Of a DNA stretch of 64,000 bases, positions 27,179-36,888 are shown in pieces. The notes under the pieces were generated by a model. That model was not told the DNA's origin, did not search any database, and was given only the letters and a program-made list of their open reading frames with translations. Positions within the stretch are counted from its first letter, which is position 1. Each line of letters opens with the position of its first letter. Made by a program: the position numbers and the translations under genes. This DNA comes from Dehalococcoidia bacterium (lineage in GTDB: Bacteria; Chloroflexota; Dehalococcoidia; Lucifugimonadales; Lucifugimonadaceae), in NCBI GenBank assembly GCA_963555965.3, contig OY821634.1:1523754-1587753 (forward strand). The letters run 5' to 3'.

Positions 27179-28003
27179 CTACTGCCCGACAGGGATCGTG
27201 GCGTGGTACTTGTGAACCGATGAAGACTCGTCATACCAGACCTGCATGATCAGACCGTAGGATTCGCTGGATTCCAACCCCGTGACGGTTACCGGCCCCA
27301 GGCTGTCCACGTCGTAGATGGCATCGCCGCTTTAGACGTTGTTGCTGCACGTGCCACCGACGTAGTCTGCATCACGGCACATCACGAAGCGATAGTAGTC
27401 GAAGCCGGACAGCGTGAATTCGTCCACGACACATCGACGCTCGTGCCGTCCGCGCTCCGCTGCGCCGTCACGGCCACGCCGCCGGGGACTGGGGTAGGCG
27501 CTGGTGTGGGTGTGGGCGTTGATGTTGCTTCGAGTCGCGCTGGTGAGGGCAATTCTTGGTCTTTTTCGATGCCTAGCCAGTACCGGACTGACGCTTCGCG
27601 CTGCTCCGACGTTCTAGCCACATCGCGCCAATCGCAGCGGACACTACCCTTTCGCGCTGCGCCACGCAGAGCGATATGAGAAGGCGAAGCACCTGCCGCG
27701 AACATGCCATTCTCAAGTACTTCCTCAGTACTAGGAACCCGATAATCGAACATAGCTCCTTCAGCCCGCGGTTGGAGCCTAGTTGCTGTGCCGACATCCC
27801 TTGGTACACAGTTGACACTCTGATCTGGCAACGTCGCAGGCCGGTATTTCAGACTCAAGTCGGTTAGTGTCAGTCTGCTTTGACAAGCCTACTTCCAGCG
27901 TAGAAACACAGCCCGCCAACGCCACAATGAAGAAAGCTCCGACCAGCACCAAGAGTGTAGTCGGTCGTTTATCGCGCACGAAAACTCTATCCTGCTTATT
28001 CAT
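27179..28003 (-). pseudogene. Decayed lipoprotein / FN3-like surface protein gene (two or more frameshifts plus an in-frame TAA)
   Basis: Frame a (28003-27779) has a lipobox signal LLVLVGAFFIVALAGC. Frame b (27858-27382) continues through a PTPTPAP linker into VAVTAQRSADGTSVDVSW. A third frame reads DEFTLSGFDYYRFVMCRDADYVGGTCSNNV, then TAA (27334-27332), then SGDAIYDVDSLGPVTVTGLESSESYGLIMQVWY up to the stop at 27181-27179. Confidence 0.45.
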
Positions 28004-29318
28004 ACCCGTGTACTCCCATATATTCGACCACGCGGGGGTCGCGCAGAAACTCGGGACGCGATATGATCTCGCCGGTCTGCCTGTCGACTATCATCAGCAG
28101 ACGAGCGTCTGATCCGTTCGAAGCGATGGTCCAAATCATGACATCGCCATCTAATCCTTGCCAATCAATGAAGGCGATTCGGTCGCCCTTGGGAGACCAC
28201 GCGAAATACAACTGGGAATCGAAACTCCAACTCGCAATTTCGTTAGCGTCAGCATCAATGATCACGATGTCATCGAGGGTCGAAAACACTGTTTCTCCGT
28301 AAACGTTGATATCGGCGTAGCTCACTAGGCTTATCTTGTCTCGCTGATATAGTTCTTGCAGATCCGAACCGTCAGGTTTCACGCTGTATATTCCGATACG
28401 CCTAATCCTCGCCCCCGGTCGAGGATCCTCTTCATCCGGTCTCTCCCAGGTGCGTGTGAAATAAATCAGATCATCATCGGCAGACCATTTCAACATGTCT
28501 GGAAATCGTTGGTCAGCGTAAGGAGTTATTCCCCATTCAGTACGATTCAACACTGTATGCTTGTCCCCGCCATCATAGCGAGCATGGGAAATCTGAAACC
28601 AGCAGCATTCTTCAATGATCAGTTCAAAGGCTGCCAGGCGATCACCATCATTAGACCAAGCGGCATCACCGCGCACTTGATGTAAACCCGTGCGCTCGAT
28701 ATCATTCACCTCAGCATCAGCCGAAAAAAAATCGCCGAATTCTCGGAACGCGACGCGCCTCCCATCAGTCGACCAAGTCGGGTTTCGGCCGACTATTAAA
28801 TCTCTCGCGTGCGGGGGCTCGAATGGAGCATCTTCTTCAGAATCCGAGGCATCAAGTATTCGGATTTTCAATCCATTCTTCTCAGATGGCAAAAAGGCGT
28901 TGTTATAGATGCAAGAATAATCCACATAGCTGTAAATGATGAAATAATCCCAAGCGTGCGTCGGTGAAAAATAGGCGATTTTCCGGTCTACTCCTGATGC
29001 TAAATACCAAGCATCACTACCTGTTGTATTTGTAACTAGGATCGAATCATCGAATCCAAAGAGAATATTATTACCATCTCTTGTCCAAACAGGTGCAAGT
29101 CTCCTTGAATTACGCTCATAATAATATTTATCACCATTGGGGCCAGCCATCCAATCGTGAACGCAATTCGTTCTTGTGATCTCAGCCAACATGAACATCA
29201 TCACAGGCGCAACACCGGGTATGGAAAAAAATACAACCAATATAGTTATTAGTCCGAGGGTCAAGATAGCCGGCCACCATCTCTTAAGCCTCCCTCTTCG
29301 CTCCGTACCTGATTGCAT
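27996..29318 (-). CDS. Membrane-anchored PD40/TolB-like beta-propeller repeat protein
   Basis: PD40-type repeats recur: APVWTRDGNNILF, NPTWSTDGRRVAF, DAAWSNDGDRLAAF, LKWSADDDLIYF, FAWSPKGDRIAFI. The N-terminal helix is WWPAILTLGLITILVVFF. I chose the ATG at 29318 (GGGAGA upstream). The stop overlaps the next start (ATGAATAA). Confidence 0.8.
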   Translation of the reverse strand: MQSGTERRGRLKRWWPAILTLGLITILVVFFSIPGVAPVMMFMLAEITRTNCVHDWMAGPNGDKYYYERNSRRLAPVWTRDGNNILFGFDDSILVTNTTGSDAWYLASGVDRKIAYFSPTHAWDYFIIYSYVDYSCIYNNAFLPSEKNGLKIRILDASDSEEDAPFEPPHARDLIVGRNPTWSTDGRRVAFREFGDFFSADAEVNDIERTGLHQVRGDAAWSNDGDRLAAFELIIEECCWFQISHARYDGGDKHTVLNRTEWGITPYADQRFPDMLKWSADDDLIYFTRTWERPDEEDPRPGARIRRIGIYSVKPDGSDLQELYQRDKISLVSYADINVYGETVFSTLDDIVIIDADANEIASWSFDSQLYFAWSPKGDRIAFIDWQGLDGDVMIWTIASNGSDARLLMIVDRQTGEIISRPEFLRDPRVVEYMGVHGYE

Positions 29319-29322
29319 TTCA

Positions 29323-29508
29323 TCAATCTCCCACAGTCTGGTACAGTCCATGAATAGCCAAAATGTCAAACGGATGAGGTGAACAATCGTGCTCTTCGTA
29401 AACAGACGGAACTCTTGAATCGTAATTCATCACCGCATCAGGTACGCTCGGATGCGCGCGATGGTAAATGTTGGTTCCCAGCAGGAAAACGACGAGAGTT
29501 GATTTCAT
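29323..29508 (-). CDS. Tiny secreted hypothetical protein (61 aa)
   Basis: GAGGAG lies 8 nt upstream of the ATG at 29508. It has a hydrophobic N-terminus MKSTLVVFLLGT. It is wedged between the protease stop (29540) and the propeller start (29318). Confidence 0.5.
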   Translation of the reverse strand: MKSTLVVFLLGTNIYHRAHPSVPDAVMNYDSRVPSVYEEHDCSPHPFDILAIHGLYQTVGD

Positions 29509-29539
29509 CGACCGACTCCTCACTTAATGTGTATGACAT

Positions 29540-32500
29540 CTAAGGCGACCCAGCGATCGAAGCTCCCGTCTCAACGATCAGCGTATATTGCCCAACGTAG
29601 CCTTTCGCGCTCCATATCACTACGTAGTAGGTTTGATCGACGCTCGGACGCCAATTCAAGTACTTACCGTTGCGTTTCAAACCGTAATCCACGCCATTGA
29701 TCTCTTTGTCAAGAGTATCGCCGACATGCAACCCGATACGCGGAGCAGGCACACTCTCATCCGGCGAGACATCCCCATAATCGAGTGCGATGAAGTAGTT
29801 ATCGTCGCCTTGGACATCTACTTTGAAGTAGTCAAAATCGTATTCTTCGCTCAAACTGCCCGGTACGGCTTCGTTGAGGTTGATAGACATGGCCGATTCT
29901 GGCGTGTCCCCATGTTCGTCTGCGACTGCGCTACCGGGCAACACGACGACAGTGTAGTCGCCAGTATCCCCATCAGGCGACTCGCATCTAATGTAGTAAT
30001 CGCCGGTACGAGGCGCAATCCATGGAATCAAGGTGCCGTTGAACTCATAAATTCCCCAAGGTTCATATTTGTGGATTACTGTAGCGCCATCAGAATCTAA
30101 TATCGTGACGGGCTGGGCTCCAATCGTCAGGTGGTCGAATAGGATGTTGTATGCAAGACCCTGTTCTGCAGCGAATTTGAAGTAATCGATATCTAATGGG
30201 GATTCGAGTGTGGCGTTGACGAGTTGATTGATCTCCACCAGAGTTGCTGAAGAATGATCATCACGTGTTGGGCTGGTTTCGTTGAGTGTGATGCTGTAGC
30301 TCCCGACACTTCCCGTGGGGGAGCTAATAACAACAAATTGATCGCCAGACTCGCCTGCTTGCCAGGTCAACACTGATCTAGTGAGGCCGAACTGATCTTC
30401 GTTGGCTGGTATCTCCGCACTCGCGTCGGAGGCATAAACTTTGATAATTGCGTCCGGGTTGCCTGTTTTTGCTACGGCAACTTCGTACGAGTTTCCTACC
30501 ATTGCCCTGAACTTGAAGAAATCTGCGTCGGACGCGTTGTCAAGCGACCCGTGAAGAGTCACACCAGGAACGATTTCAGACGCGTTTTGGAACGTATCGG
30601 CATGTCGGTCCGTCGTTGCGACTTCGGTCACGATGTTGAGGCGATATCTGCCAATTTCGCCGTTTGGGCTTTGGAGCGAGAAAGTGTAATCACCGTCGGC
30701 AGGAGTCAGCCATTTCACTTGCATTGTCGTAACTCTTCCCGTCAAGGACGGCAACGCGCTGGGTTTGGCGACGCCATTTGGCAAGTGCCATGTTATGTAG
30801 AGGCCTTCATCGATCTCTCCGTCCCTGAAATCGTGAGCGAATGTGGGTAAAACGATTTGCCCGGTCGTAAGCGGCACCGTAAAGAAGTCGATATCCAAGG
30901 GATGGTCAAGACTGCCTTCCAGCTCCGAATCGGTCTGGATGCGAACAGCGTTTTCAGGCTCATCACCCTCAATGTCCTGAGTCGCTGACCAATCACCCAC
31001 AAGTTGACCACCGTGCAAAACGTGGAACAAATCCAAATATCGCTGCTCTTGATCTGCTGGAACATGGTTTTTGAATGCCAGGAAGATGTCTTTGGAACTA
31101 ATGGCACGGTCTTGATTATCTGGTATCAAGAGAAGATCGCGAAAGGCTTTTGCTACAACATCTCTTCCAAATGTGTGGAACAAACTCGCGAAGAAGTGTT
31201 CGCCCATCGTGTAGAAGCAAATGCTGTGTTCCAGCGTATGGTGACCAAATCCTCCGACACCTAATTCGTGGAGATTGATGGCGCCATTGCCGCACCCTGG
31301 TCCGCTGTGCGGATCAACTGCCGCGTTCCATGCTTCAAACGATCTTTCGATGTTGCGATACCAGATGTATCGTTCGACAAATGACGCTCCACCTTCCAAA
31401 AACCAAGCTGGGAACATGTCAAACTGGTAGTGTGCGAGCTCATGGAACAGAGTATTCAATTCGATTATGTTCGTTTGAGAATCCCTCGGCATTCGGACAT
31501 GAGACTCTGCATGTGCAGCACCTGGCCAAGGCAGGTCCAATTGCCCGCGTAAGAGGAACTCGGAGTCTGGTCGGACTATGACAAATAGCACGACGACATC
31601 TTTGACATATAGGGGCGTCAGTGTGATCTCTTCAAGTGCAAGTAAAGCCTCTTCGATCTGGACAGTTATGTCTTCGCTCTCTGGAAACGGTGTTTTCTGT
31701 ATGGCCCAAATGTTGACTTCACCAGACAGAGGTAGATTGATTGATTTGGACTGCGTGTATCGGGAAACTATCATTTCATCGAAATCTCCCGGTGAGTGTT
31801 CGATGATGTCTCGCGTCGTCACGAGAAATGCCATCTCATCTCGGGAAAGACCGTCTGCAAACCATGGTTGTTGTCGAAGTCGGGCGAACGCCTCAGACTT
31901 CTCTAGTTGCAAGAATGACAACGCGGAAATCAAATCTCGTTCAAGTTGCCCCAAACTGTTGGAAATCAAATCAACAATGGTAGCTCCAAGCCAACCGTCC
32001 CTTCTCAGAATCACGGATAGGTAATAGACAGGCTCCCACTGGTGAGAAGTGACTGTTTCAGCATCCCTTAGCCAAGGTGCGTTGGCTACCCGGTACGCAA
32101 TTTCGGGATTGATTCCTGCAAGCTCAGCAAGGCCGTGAAGAGTCTCTTTCTGATCGTGGTCAATGCCGTTTTGAAGCCAACGATATTGAGTGAGCCGTAG
32201 CGCCATAGATTGGTTGATATCGCTAATGCGTCCTAGGGATGTGAGAGTCTCTCGCTCAATTTCAGTAAAGCCGTCCTGAATCCAATCGAGGTTTGTGATC
32301 GCTTGCGCCAACTCAGGCTCTGCATTGGCAACACGTAGCAATATCTCTAACGCCTCGTGTTCAGATGCCGCGATGCCATCTTGCACCCACGGGTATCCCA
32401 ATATCTGTTTTGCAGCCTCTCTATCCTTGTCGATCGCCGCGAGCAGATTCAGGTATCCACCTTCATCTTCACTAACCCCATCAACTATCCAGCCGATGCT

Positions 32501-33247
32501 CAACAGCTGCGAGACAAGCACAACGTCGTAGCTCGCAATGTGATGGATTTGAATCAGCGCGCCCGCTTCTGCTTCAGTGATACCATCAACCACCCACACG
32601 AACTGCGCCAATGCGAGGGCGGTCTCAGGAAATTGCGCCCAAATCTCCAATATCGCGTCTGCCGCAACAGCATGATGTTTATCCGATGGATTGCCGAACC
32701 ACGTCAACACCTCACCTAACGCCACATCGGCCATTTCTCTCGCGTCGGGCGTGGGGGTAGGAACGGGAGTAGGCGTATCAGTTGGCGCTGGTGTCGAAGT
32801 GTAAGTTGGTATCGGCGTATTTGTCGGAGATTGAGTCGGTGTGGACGTGGAAGTGGCTTCCGGAGGATCAATCAGACTCGGAGTACTTGTCGGTTGAGAT
32901 TGAGTCGGTGTGGGCGCGGAGCTAGATCCTTCGATATCAGTCGGTTCTGACTCTTCGGTGTCCGTCGGCACTAGAGTCGGTGTCGTCGTCGCCGTCAAAG
33001 CATCCGAAGCGTTGGGCGACGGTGTCGGCACAAAAACCAGCGGAACTGGCGTCGGCGTATAGGTCGGTATCAGTGGGCGGACGGCAGTAGGTGTGGGCGA
33101 TACCGTATCGGGCGCGGTGGCCATCTGGGTTGGAGTAGGCACGACTTCGTCGCACGCCGTGACGGTTATAGCCAGTGCAACACCCAGGATAACGACTACT
33201 AGGGATGTGATCAGACCCCTTGGAGGCCGCTGTCGATTTCGTTCCAT
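29540..33247 (-). CDS. Lipoprotein gluzincin-type zinc metallopeptidase with repeat module and multiple PPC domains
   Basis: 1235 aa. The lipobox is LAITVTAC, followed by a long Pro/Thr linker. Seven repeats fit W(V/I/L)xDG(I/V/F)xxxExxxL. HELAH lies at 31430-31444 and is followed by WFLEGGASF (Peptidase_MA_2-like). Four or more pre-peptidase C-terminal domains are present (LDIDFFTV, SDADFFKF, LDIDYFKF, YDFDYFKV). Confidence 0.85.
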   Translation of the reverse strand: MERNRQRPPRGLITSLVVVILGVALAITVTACDEVVPTPTQMATAPDTVSPTPTAVRPLIPTYTPTPVPLVFVPTPSPNASDALTATTTPTLVPTDTEESEPTDIEGSSSAPTPTQSQPTSTPSLIDPPEATSTSTPTQSPTNTPIPTYTSTPAPTDTPTPVPTPTPDAREMADVALGEVLTWFGNPSDKHHAVAADAILEIWAQFPETALALAQFVWVVDGITEAEAGALIQIHHIASYDVVLVSQLLSIGWIVDGVSEDEGGYLNLLAAIDKDREAAKQILGYPWVQDGIAASEHEALEILLRVANAEPELAQAITNLDWIQDGFTEIERETLTSLGRISDINQSMALRLTQYRWLQNGIDHDQKETLHGLAELAGINPEIAYRVANAPWLRDAETVTSHQWEPVYYLSVILRRDGWLGATIVDLISNSLGQLERDLISALSFLQLEKSEAFARLRQQPWFADGLSRDEMAFLVTTRDIIEHSPGDFDEMIVSRYTQSKSINLPLSGEVNIWAIQKTPFPESEDITVQIEEALLALEEITLTPLYVKDVVVLFVIVRPDSEFLLRGQLDLPWPGAAHAESHVRMPRDSQTNIIELNTLFHELAHYQFDMFPAWFLEGGASFVERYIWYRNIERSFEAWNAAVDPHSGPGCGNGAINLHELGVGGFGHHTLEHSICFYTMGEHFFASLFHTFGRDVVAKAFRDLLLIPDNQDRAISSKDIFLAFKNHVPADQEQRYLDLFHVLHGGQLVGDWSATQDIEGDEPENAVRIQTDSELEGSLDHPLDIDFFTVPLTTGQIVLPTFAHDFRDGEIDEGLYITWHLPNGVAKPSALPSLTGRVTTMQVKWLTPADGDYTFSLQSPNGEIGRYRLNIVTEVATTDRHADTFQNASEIVPGVTLHGSLDNASDADFFKFRAMVGNSYEVAVAKTGNPDAIIKVYASDASAEIPANEDQFGLTRSVLTWQAGESGDQFVVISSPTGSVGSYSITLNETSPTRDDHSSATLVEINQLVNATLESPLDIDYFKFAAEQGLAYNILFDHLTIGAQPVTILDSDGATVIHKYEPWGIYEFNGTLIPWIAPRTGDYYIRCESPDGDTGDYTVVVLPGSAVADEHGDTPESAMSINLNEAVPGSLSEEYDFDYFKVDVQGDDNYFIALDYGDVSPDESVPAPRIGLHVGDTLDKEINGVDYGLKRNGKYLNWRPSVDQTYYVVIWSAKGYVGQYTLIVETGASIAGSP

Positions 33248-33325
33248 AGTGATGAGATGATTGGGATTAAGGAGCAGGAATGTCTCGACGGCATTCCGGC
33301 TGAAGTCGAAATCCAGAGGAGAAAC

Positions 33326-33353
33326 GTAGGGGCGGTTCGCGAACCGCCCCTAC
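33326..33353. repeat. Perfect 28-bp palindrome copy
   Basis: GTAGGGGCGGTTCGCGAACCGCCCCTAC lies between the transaldolase-like stop (33389) and the protease start (33247). Confidence 0.95.
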
Positions 33354-33388
33354 TAAATCCCCACAGATCACCTCGTCATCGCCACAAC

Positions 33389-34165
33389 CTAATGCCTGCT
33401 GTAAGGCACACCCTCTAGCAGACCCGCGTCGTGCATGGCGTTCCATTCGTTGAGGAATGTGGTGTTCCACTCGTCGGTGAATTTGGCTTGGAGCATCTCT
33501 TCGAAGATGGGCCAGAAGACTATGATGCCGTCGGCACCATCGCGGAGGGCGGCTTCGGCGGTTTCTTTGGATCGCACTAGCGCGGCGGTGATGTAGGGAC
33601 GGTTCGCCCAGTCGGCGAAGATGTCCCGGAGGTCGCGTACCAATGCAGTCGGATCGCCGGAGACATCGCGGTAGGGTTCGCAGAAAGGTAGAACGTGATC
33701 GACACCTGCTTGGGCGACTGCGACGGCTTGGTTGACAGTGAAGACAGTTGTGCAGAAGGTTTCGACGCCGGCTTTTTTGAGTTCTGCGAATGCGCCGAGG
33801 GCGTTGACGGTGCACGGAATCTTCAGGATGACCTGATCGGACATCTTGGTGAAGACTTCACCAACGTCTAGGAGTTCTTGGGTTGAATGTCCGTCGATCT
33901 CAACCGCGATCTTCTTGTCGGTGATGTCGAGATAGCGCTGAATGACTTCGGTCATCTGGCCGTACTTCTGCACCATCTCGTTCAGCACGACGGTATTGGT
34001 AACGATGCCCGCTGCGCCTCGCTCCATCCAAGGCTTGAGGTCTTCAGGATCGCCGGCAAGCCATACAGCAGGGCTAGCTGCCGTTGCTCGGTTCATCTCC
34101 GCTGCTCCCATTGGCATGAATGCCGAGTCTGGTGCGCCGTTGGTGGATTGTGCTGTCTGTTGCAT
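33389..34165 (-). CDS. Transaldolase / fructose-6-phosphate aldolase family protein
   Basis: GIVTNTV, LKIPCTVNALGAF...AGVETFCTTVFTVNQAVAVAQAGVDHVLPF follows the TalC/FSA layout with the Schiff-base Lys in KIP. I chose the ATG at 34165 (GGAGAG upstream). The track start 34327 would overlap the divergent gene. Confidence 0.75.
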   Translation of the reverse strand: MQQTAQSTNGAPDSAFMPMGAAEMNRATAASPAVWLAGDPEDLKPWMERGAAGIVTNTVVLNEMVQKYGQMTEVIQRYLDITDKKIAVEIDGHSTQELLDVGEVFTKMSDQVILKIPCTVNALGAFAELKKAGVETFCTTVFTVNQAVAVAQAGVDHVLPFCEPYRDVSGDPTALVRDLRDIFADWANRPYITAALVRSKETAEAALRDGADGIIVFWPIFEEMLQAKFTDEWNTTFLNEWNAMHDAGLLEGVPYSRH

Positions 34166-34306
34166 GTCTTTACTCTCCGCGATGATTTCGAACCATGTGG
34201 TTGGGATGTCTTGATTGCTTGATTGAAGTGTAAATGGAATCTCCGATCTCATCCGCCCGTCGTAAACTTCGAGACATTCCGAGCGCAATCCATATTGGGG
34301 GAATTC

Positions 34307-35326
34307 ATGAGCACCGATCCTCACCACGCACGAAGGCTGTACGACGAAGCAGTAGTTATAGATGCGTTGAACGTTAGCAACTGGGACAGCGATGCCGTGT
34401 TCGAAAGCCTGAACGCAGGTGGCGTGGCAGCGATCAATGCCACCCAGGCCACATGGGAAGGCTACGAAGAGACACTCGACATGATCTCAAAGTGGTACGT
34501 GCGGTTTCGGGAGAGGGAAGACCAGATCCTGTTGGTCGAGACTGTGGATGACATCCATCGTGCGAAGCGCGAGGGTAAAACCGGCATCATCTTCGGGTGG
34601 CAGAACACATCTCCGATCGAGAATGATCTGGACCGGTTGGCGCTCTTCCACAAACTCGGAGTGCGCATCATGCAGGTCACGTACCACGAGCGCAATCTTC
34701 TCGGCGACGGATGTATGGAGCGCCAAGACGGCGGTCTGACGAATTTTGGCATCGACGCGGTGCAGGAGATGAACCGGCTTGGTATTCTCCTCGACCTATC
34801 TCACGTCGGGATTGCGACTACACAGGAGAGCATCGAGGTCTCGGAAAAGCCGGTCGCTATAACTCACGCTAATGCCAAGTCGTATTTCGATCATCGTCGG
34901 AACAAGACGGACAAGGCGATAAAAACGATGGCCGATAAAGGCGGCGTAATCGGCGCAACCTGCATCCAAGGATTCCTACGAAACACCTACGACTCCACCA
35001 TCAGCGACTATCTCGACGCCATCGACCATCTAGTAGACATGGTGGGAGTTGATCACGTCGGTATCGGCACCGACCACACGCAAGATCAACCTGAGGAGTT
35101 CTGGAAGTTTATCGGTGGTCAGCAGGGGACCAAGTACCCATCCAAGTTCACAGGCCATAGCGGGATGCCGCTGCTTTGGCACGAGCAGTATCCGGAGGGT
35201 CTCAAGACGCCGGATCAGTTGCCGGTGATGTCCGAGGCTCTCTTGGATCGCGGCTACTCGGATGATGATGTGATCAAGATACTGGGAGGGAACTGGCTAC
35301 GGTTATTTGGCGAGGTCTGGGGTTGA
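34307..35326 (+). CDS. Membrane dipeptidase (peptidase family M19)
   Basis: VIDALN, HKLGVRIMQVTYHERN, LLDLSHVG, ITHANAK and GIGTDH are present. The ATG at 34307 has GGGGGA upstream. Confidence 0.85.
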   Translation: MSTDPHHARRLYDEAVVIDALNVSNWDSDAVFESLNAGGVAAINATQATWEGYEETLDMISKWYVRFREREDQILLVETVDDIHRAKREGKTGIIFGWQNTSPIENDLDRLALFHKLGVRIMQVTYHERNLLGDGCMERQDGGLTNFGIDAVQEMNRLGILLDLSHVGIATTQESIEVSEKPVAITHANAKSYFDHRRNKTDKAIKTMADKGGVIGATCIQGFLRNTYDSTISDYLDAIDHLVDMVGVDHVGIGTDHTQDQPEEFWKFIGGQQGTKYPSKFTGHSGMPLLWHEQYPEGLKTPDQLPVMSEALLDRGYSDDDVIKILGGNWLRLFGEVWG

Positions 35327-35343
35327 GGGCGTAACAAACAGAA

Positions 35344-35368
35344 ACGCCCCGACATGATGCCGGGGCGT
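35344..35368 (-). terminator. Hairpin between convergent genes (probable glnA terminator)
   Basis: ACGCCCCG (35344-35351) pairs with CGGGGCGT (35361-35368). An A-rich plus-strand flank gives a T-rich tract on the minus strand. Confidence 0.5.
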
Positions 35369-35392
35369 CTCGCGAACTCTTGTCGTAGACGA

Positions 35393-36811
35393 CTAGGCGT
35401 CGTAGCTGAGGAAGAACTCGTATGGGTGCGGGCGAAGTCGAACCGCGTCGACCTCGTTCTCACGCTTGAAGTCGATGTAGGCTTCGAGCAGGTCTTCGGT
35501 GAACACTCCGCCTTTGAGGAGGAAGTCGCTGTCGGCTTCAAGAGCGTCGAGTGCTGCCTCGAGGCTACCCGGAACTTGGTTCAACGTGGCCGGGTCGACC
35601 TCGTAAAGATCCTCTTCAACAGGCTCACCTGGGCTCGCACCAGTGGCGATGCCGTCGAGACCAGCCATCAACATTGCTGAGAAGGCAAGGTACGGGTTGC
35701 AGGTCGGGTCCGGAGGTCGGAACTCGACACGCTTAGCGTTCGGTGACTGCGAGTACATCGGGATACGGGCGGCCGCGGAGCGGTTTCGTGCCGACAACGC
35801 GAGGATTGTTGGGGCTTCGAAACCGGGGACGAGTCGCTTGTATGAGTTGCTGCTAGGAGCGACAAGCGCCATCAGCGCGTTGCCGTGCTTGAGTAGTCCG
35901 CCGATGTAATTGAGCGCCAACTCGCTTAAGCCAGCGTAGCCATCACCTGCGAACATCGGCGCGCCGTCTTTCCAGATCGACTGGTGAGTATGCATGCCGG
36001 TGCCGTTGTCCTCGAACAATGGCTTAGGCATGAACGTTGCGGTCTTGCCGTGCTTAGCAGCGGTGTTTTTAAGGCAGTACTTGTAGGCCATCACATGGTC
36101 GGCTGCAAGCTTCAACGGTGAAAAACGCCAGTTGATCTCACCCTGTCCAGCAGTCGCAACCTCGTGGTGATGCTTCTCGATCTCGATCCCGAAGCGGGCC
36201 ATCGCCTCACAAGCCTCGTGCCGGATCAACGTCTGAGTGTCCGAAGGTGGTGCAGGGAAGTATCCGCCTTTGTGGCGAAGCTTGTGGCCGAGGTTAGGGC
36301 CGTCGCCGGTGAGGTCGGTGGCGTTGCCAGTGTTCCAGATCGCCTCTTCTGAGTCGACCTCGTAGTGTGCGGAGTTGGAAGCCCCGCCATACGAAACACT
36401 GTCGAAGATGAAGAACTCAGCCTCGGCACCCCAATACGAGGTGTCGCCGATGCCAGTGGACTTCAGGTACTCTTCGGCCTTGGCGGCGACGTGGCGAGGG
36501 CTGCGGTCGTAAGAGGCCAGTGTGAGCGGGTCTTTCACGTCGGCGATGATCGAAACAGTGCTGGGAATGAACGGGTCAACGGTCGCAGTGTCAGCATCGG
36601 GGAATAGGAGCATGTCCGATTCGTCGATGGTCTGGAATCCTCGGATGCTGGAGCCATCGAACCCGGTACCTTCGGCGAAGAGGTCTTCCGTTACTTCGTG
36701 CTTGGGGAAGGACACGTGTTGCCAAGTGCCCGGAACGTCGGTGAATCGCAGGTCCAACCATTGCGACCCCGACTCCTCCATCATCTTGATCACATCATTG
36801 GCATTTGCCAT
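35393..36811 (-). CDS. glnA: Glutamine synthetase, type I
   Basis: 472 aa with WLDLRFTDVPG, GFDGSSIRGF, MHTHQS and NPYL. This is the full-length GSI architecture. Confidence 0.95.
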   Translation of the reverse strand: MANANDVIKMMEESGSQWLDLRFTDVPGTWQHVSFPKHEVTEDLFAEGTGFDGSSIRGFQTIDESDMLLFPDADTATVDPFIPSTVSIIADVKDPLTLASYDRSPRHVAAKAEEYLKSTGIGDTSYWGAEAEFFIFDSVSYGGASNSAHYEVDSEEAIWNTGNATDLTGDGPNLGHKLRHKGGYFPAPPSDTQTLIRHEACEAMARFGIEIEKHHHEVATAGQGEINWRFSPLKLAADHVMAYKYCLKNTAAKHGKTATFMPKPLFEDNGTGMHTHQSIWKDGAPMFAGDGYAGLSELALNYIGGLLKHGNALMALVAPSSNSYKRLVPGFEAPTILALSARNRSAAARIPMYSQSPNAKRVEFRPPDPTCNPYLAFSAMLMAGLDGIATGASPGEPVEEDLYEVDPATLNQVPGSLEAALDALEADSDFLLKGGVFTEDLLEAYIDFKRENEVDAVRLRPHPYEFFLSYDA

Positions 36812-36888
36812 CGTTTTCGTCTCTCCTGAACCTGTTCGAGTGATATTCAGCGCGGATGCGCGCCGATGGAATCCAAGTTAATAAAGAT

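Noticed and set aside
33389-34327. Longer N-terminal extensions offered by the ORF track (33389-34327, 34223-35326, 46700-47611, 47406-48242, 26092-26505, 39492-40745, 19418-20611, 38366-39544, 27996-29369).
   Set aside because: The extensions would overlap neighbouring genes or repeat DNA. Internal ATG codons with good GGAG-type boxes coincide with the start of family homology, so I used the shorter coordinates.
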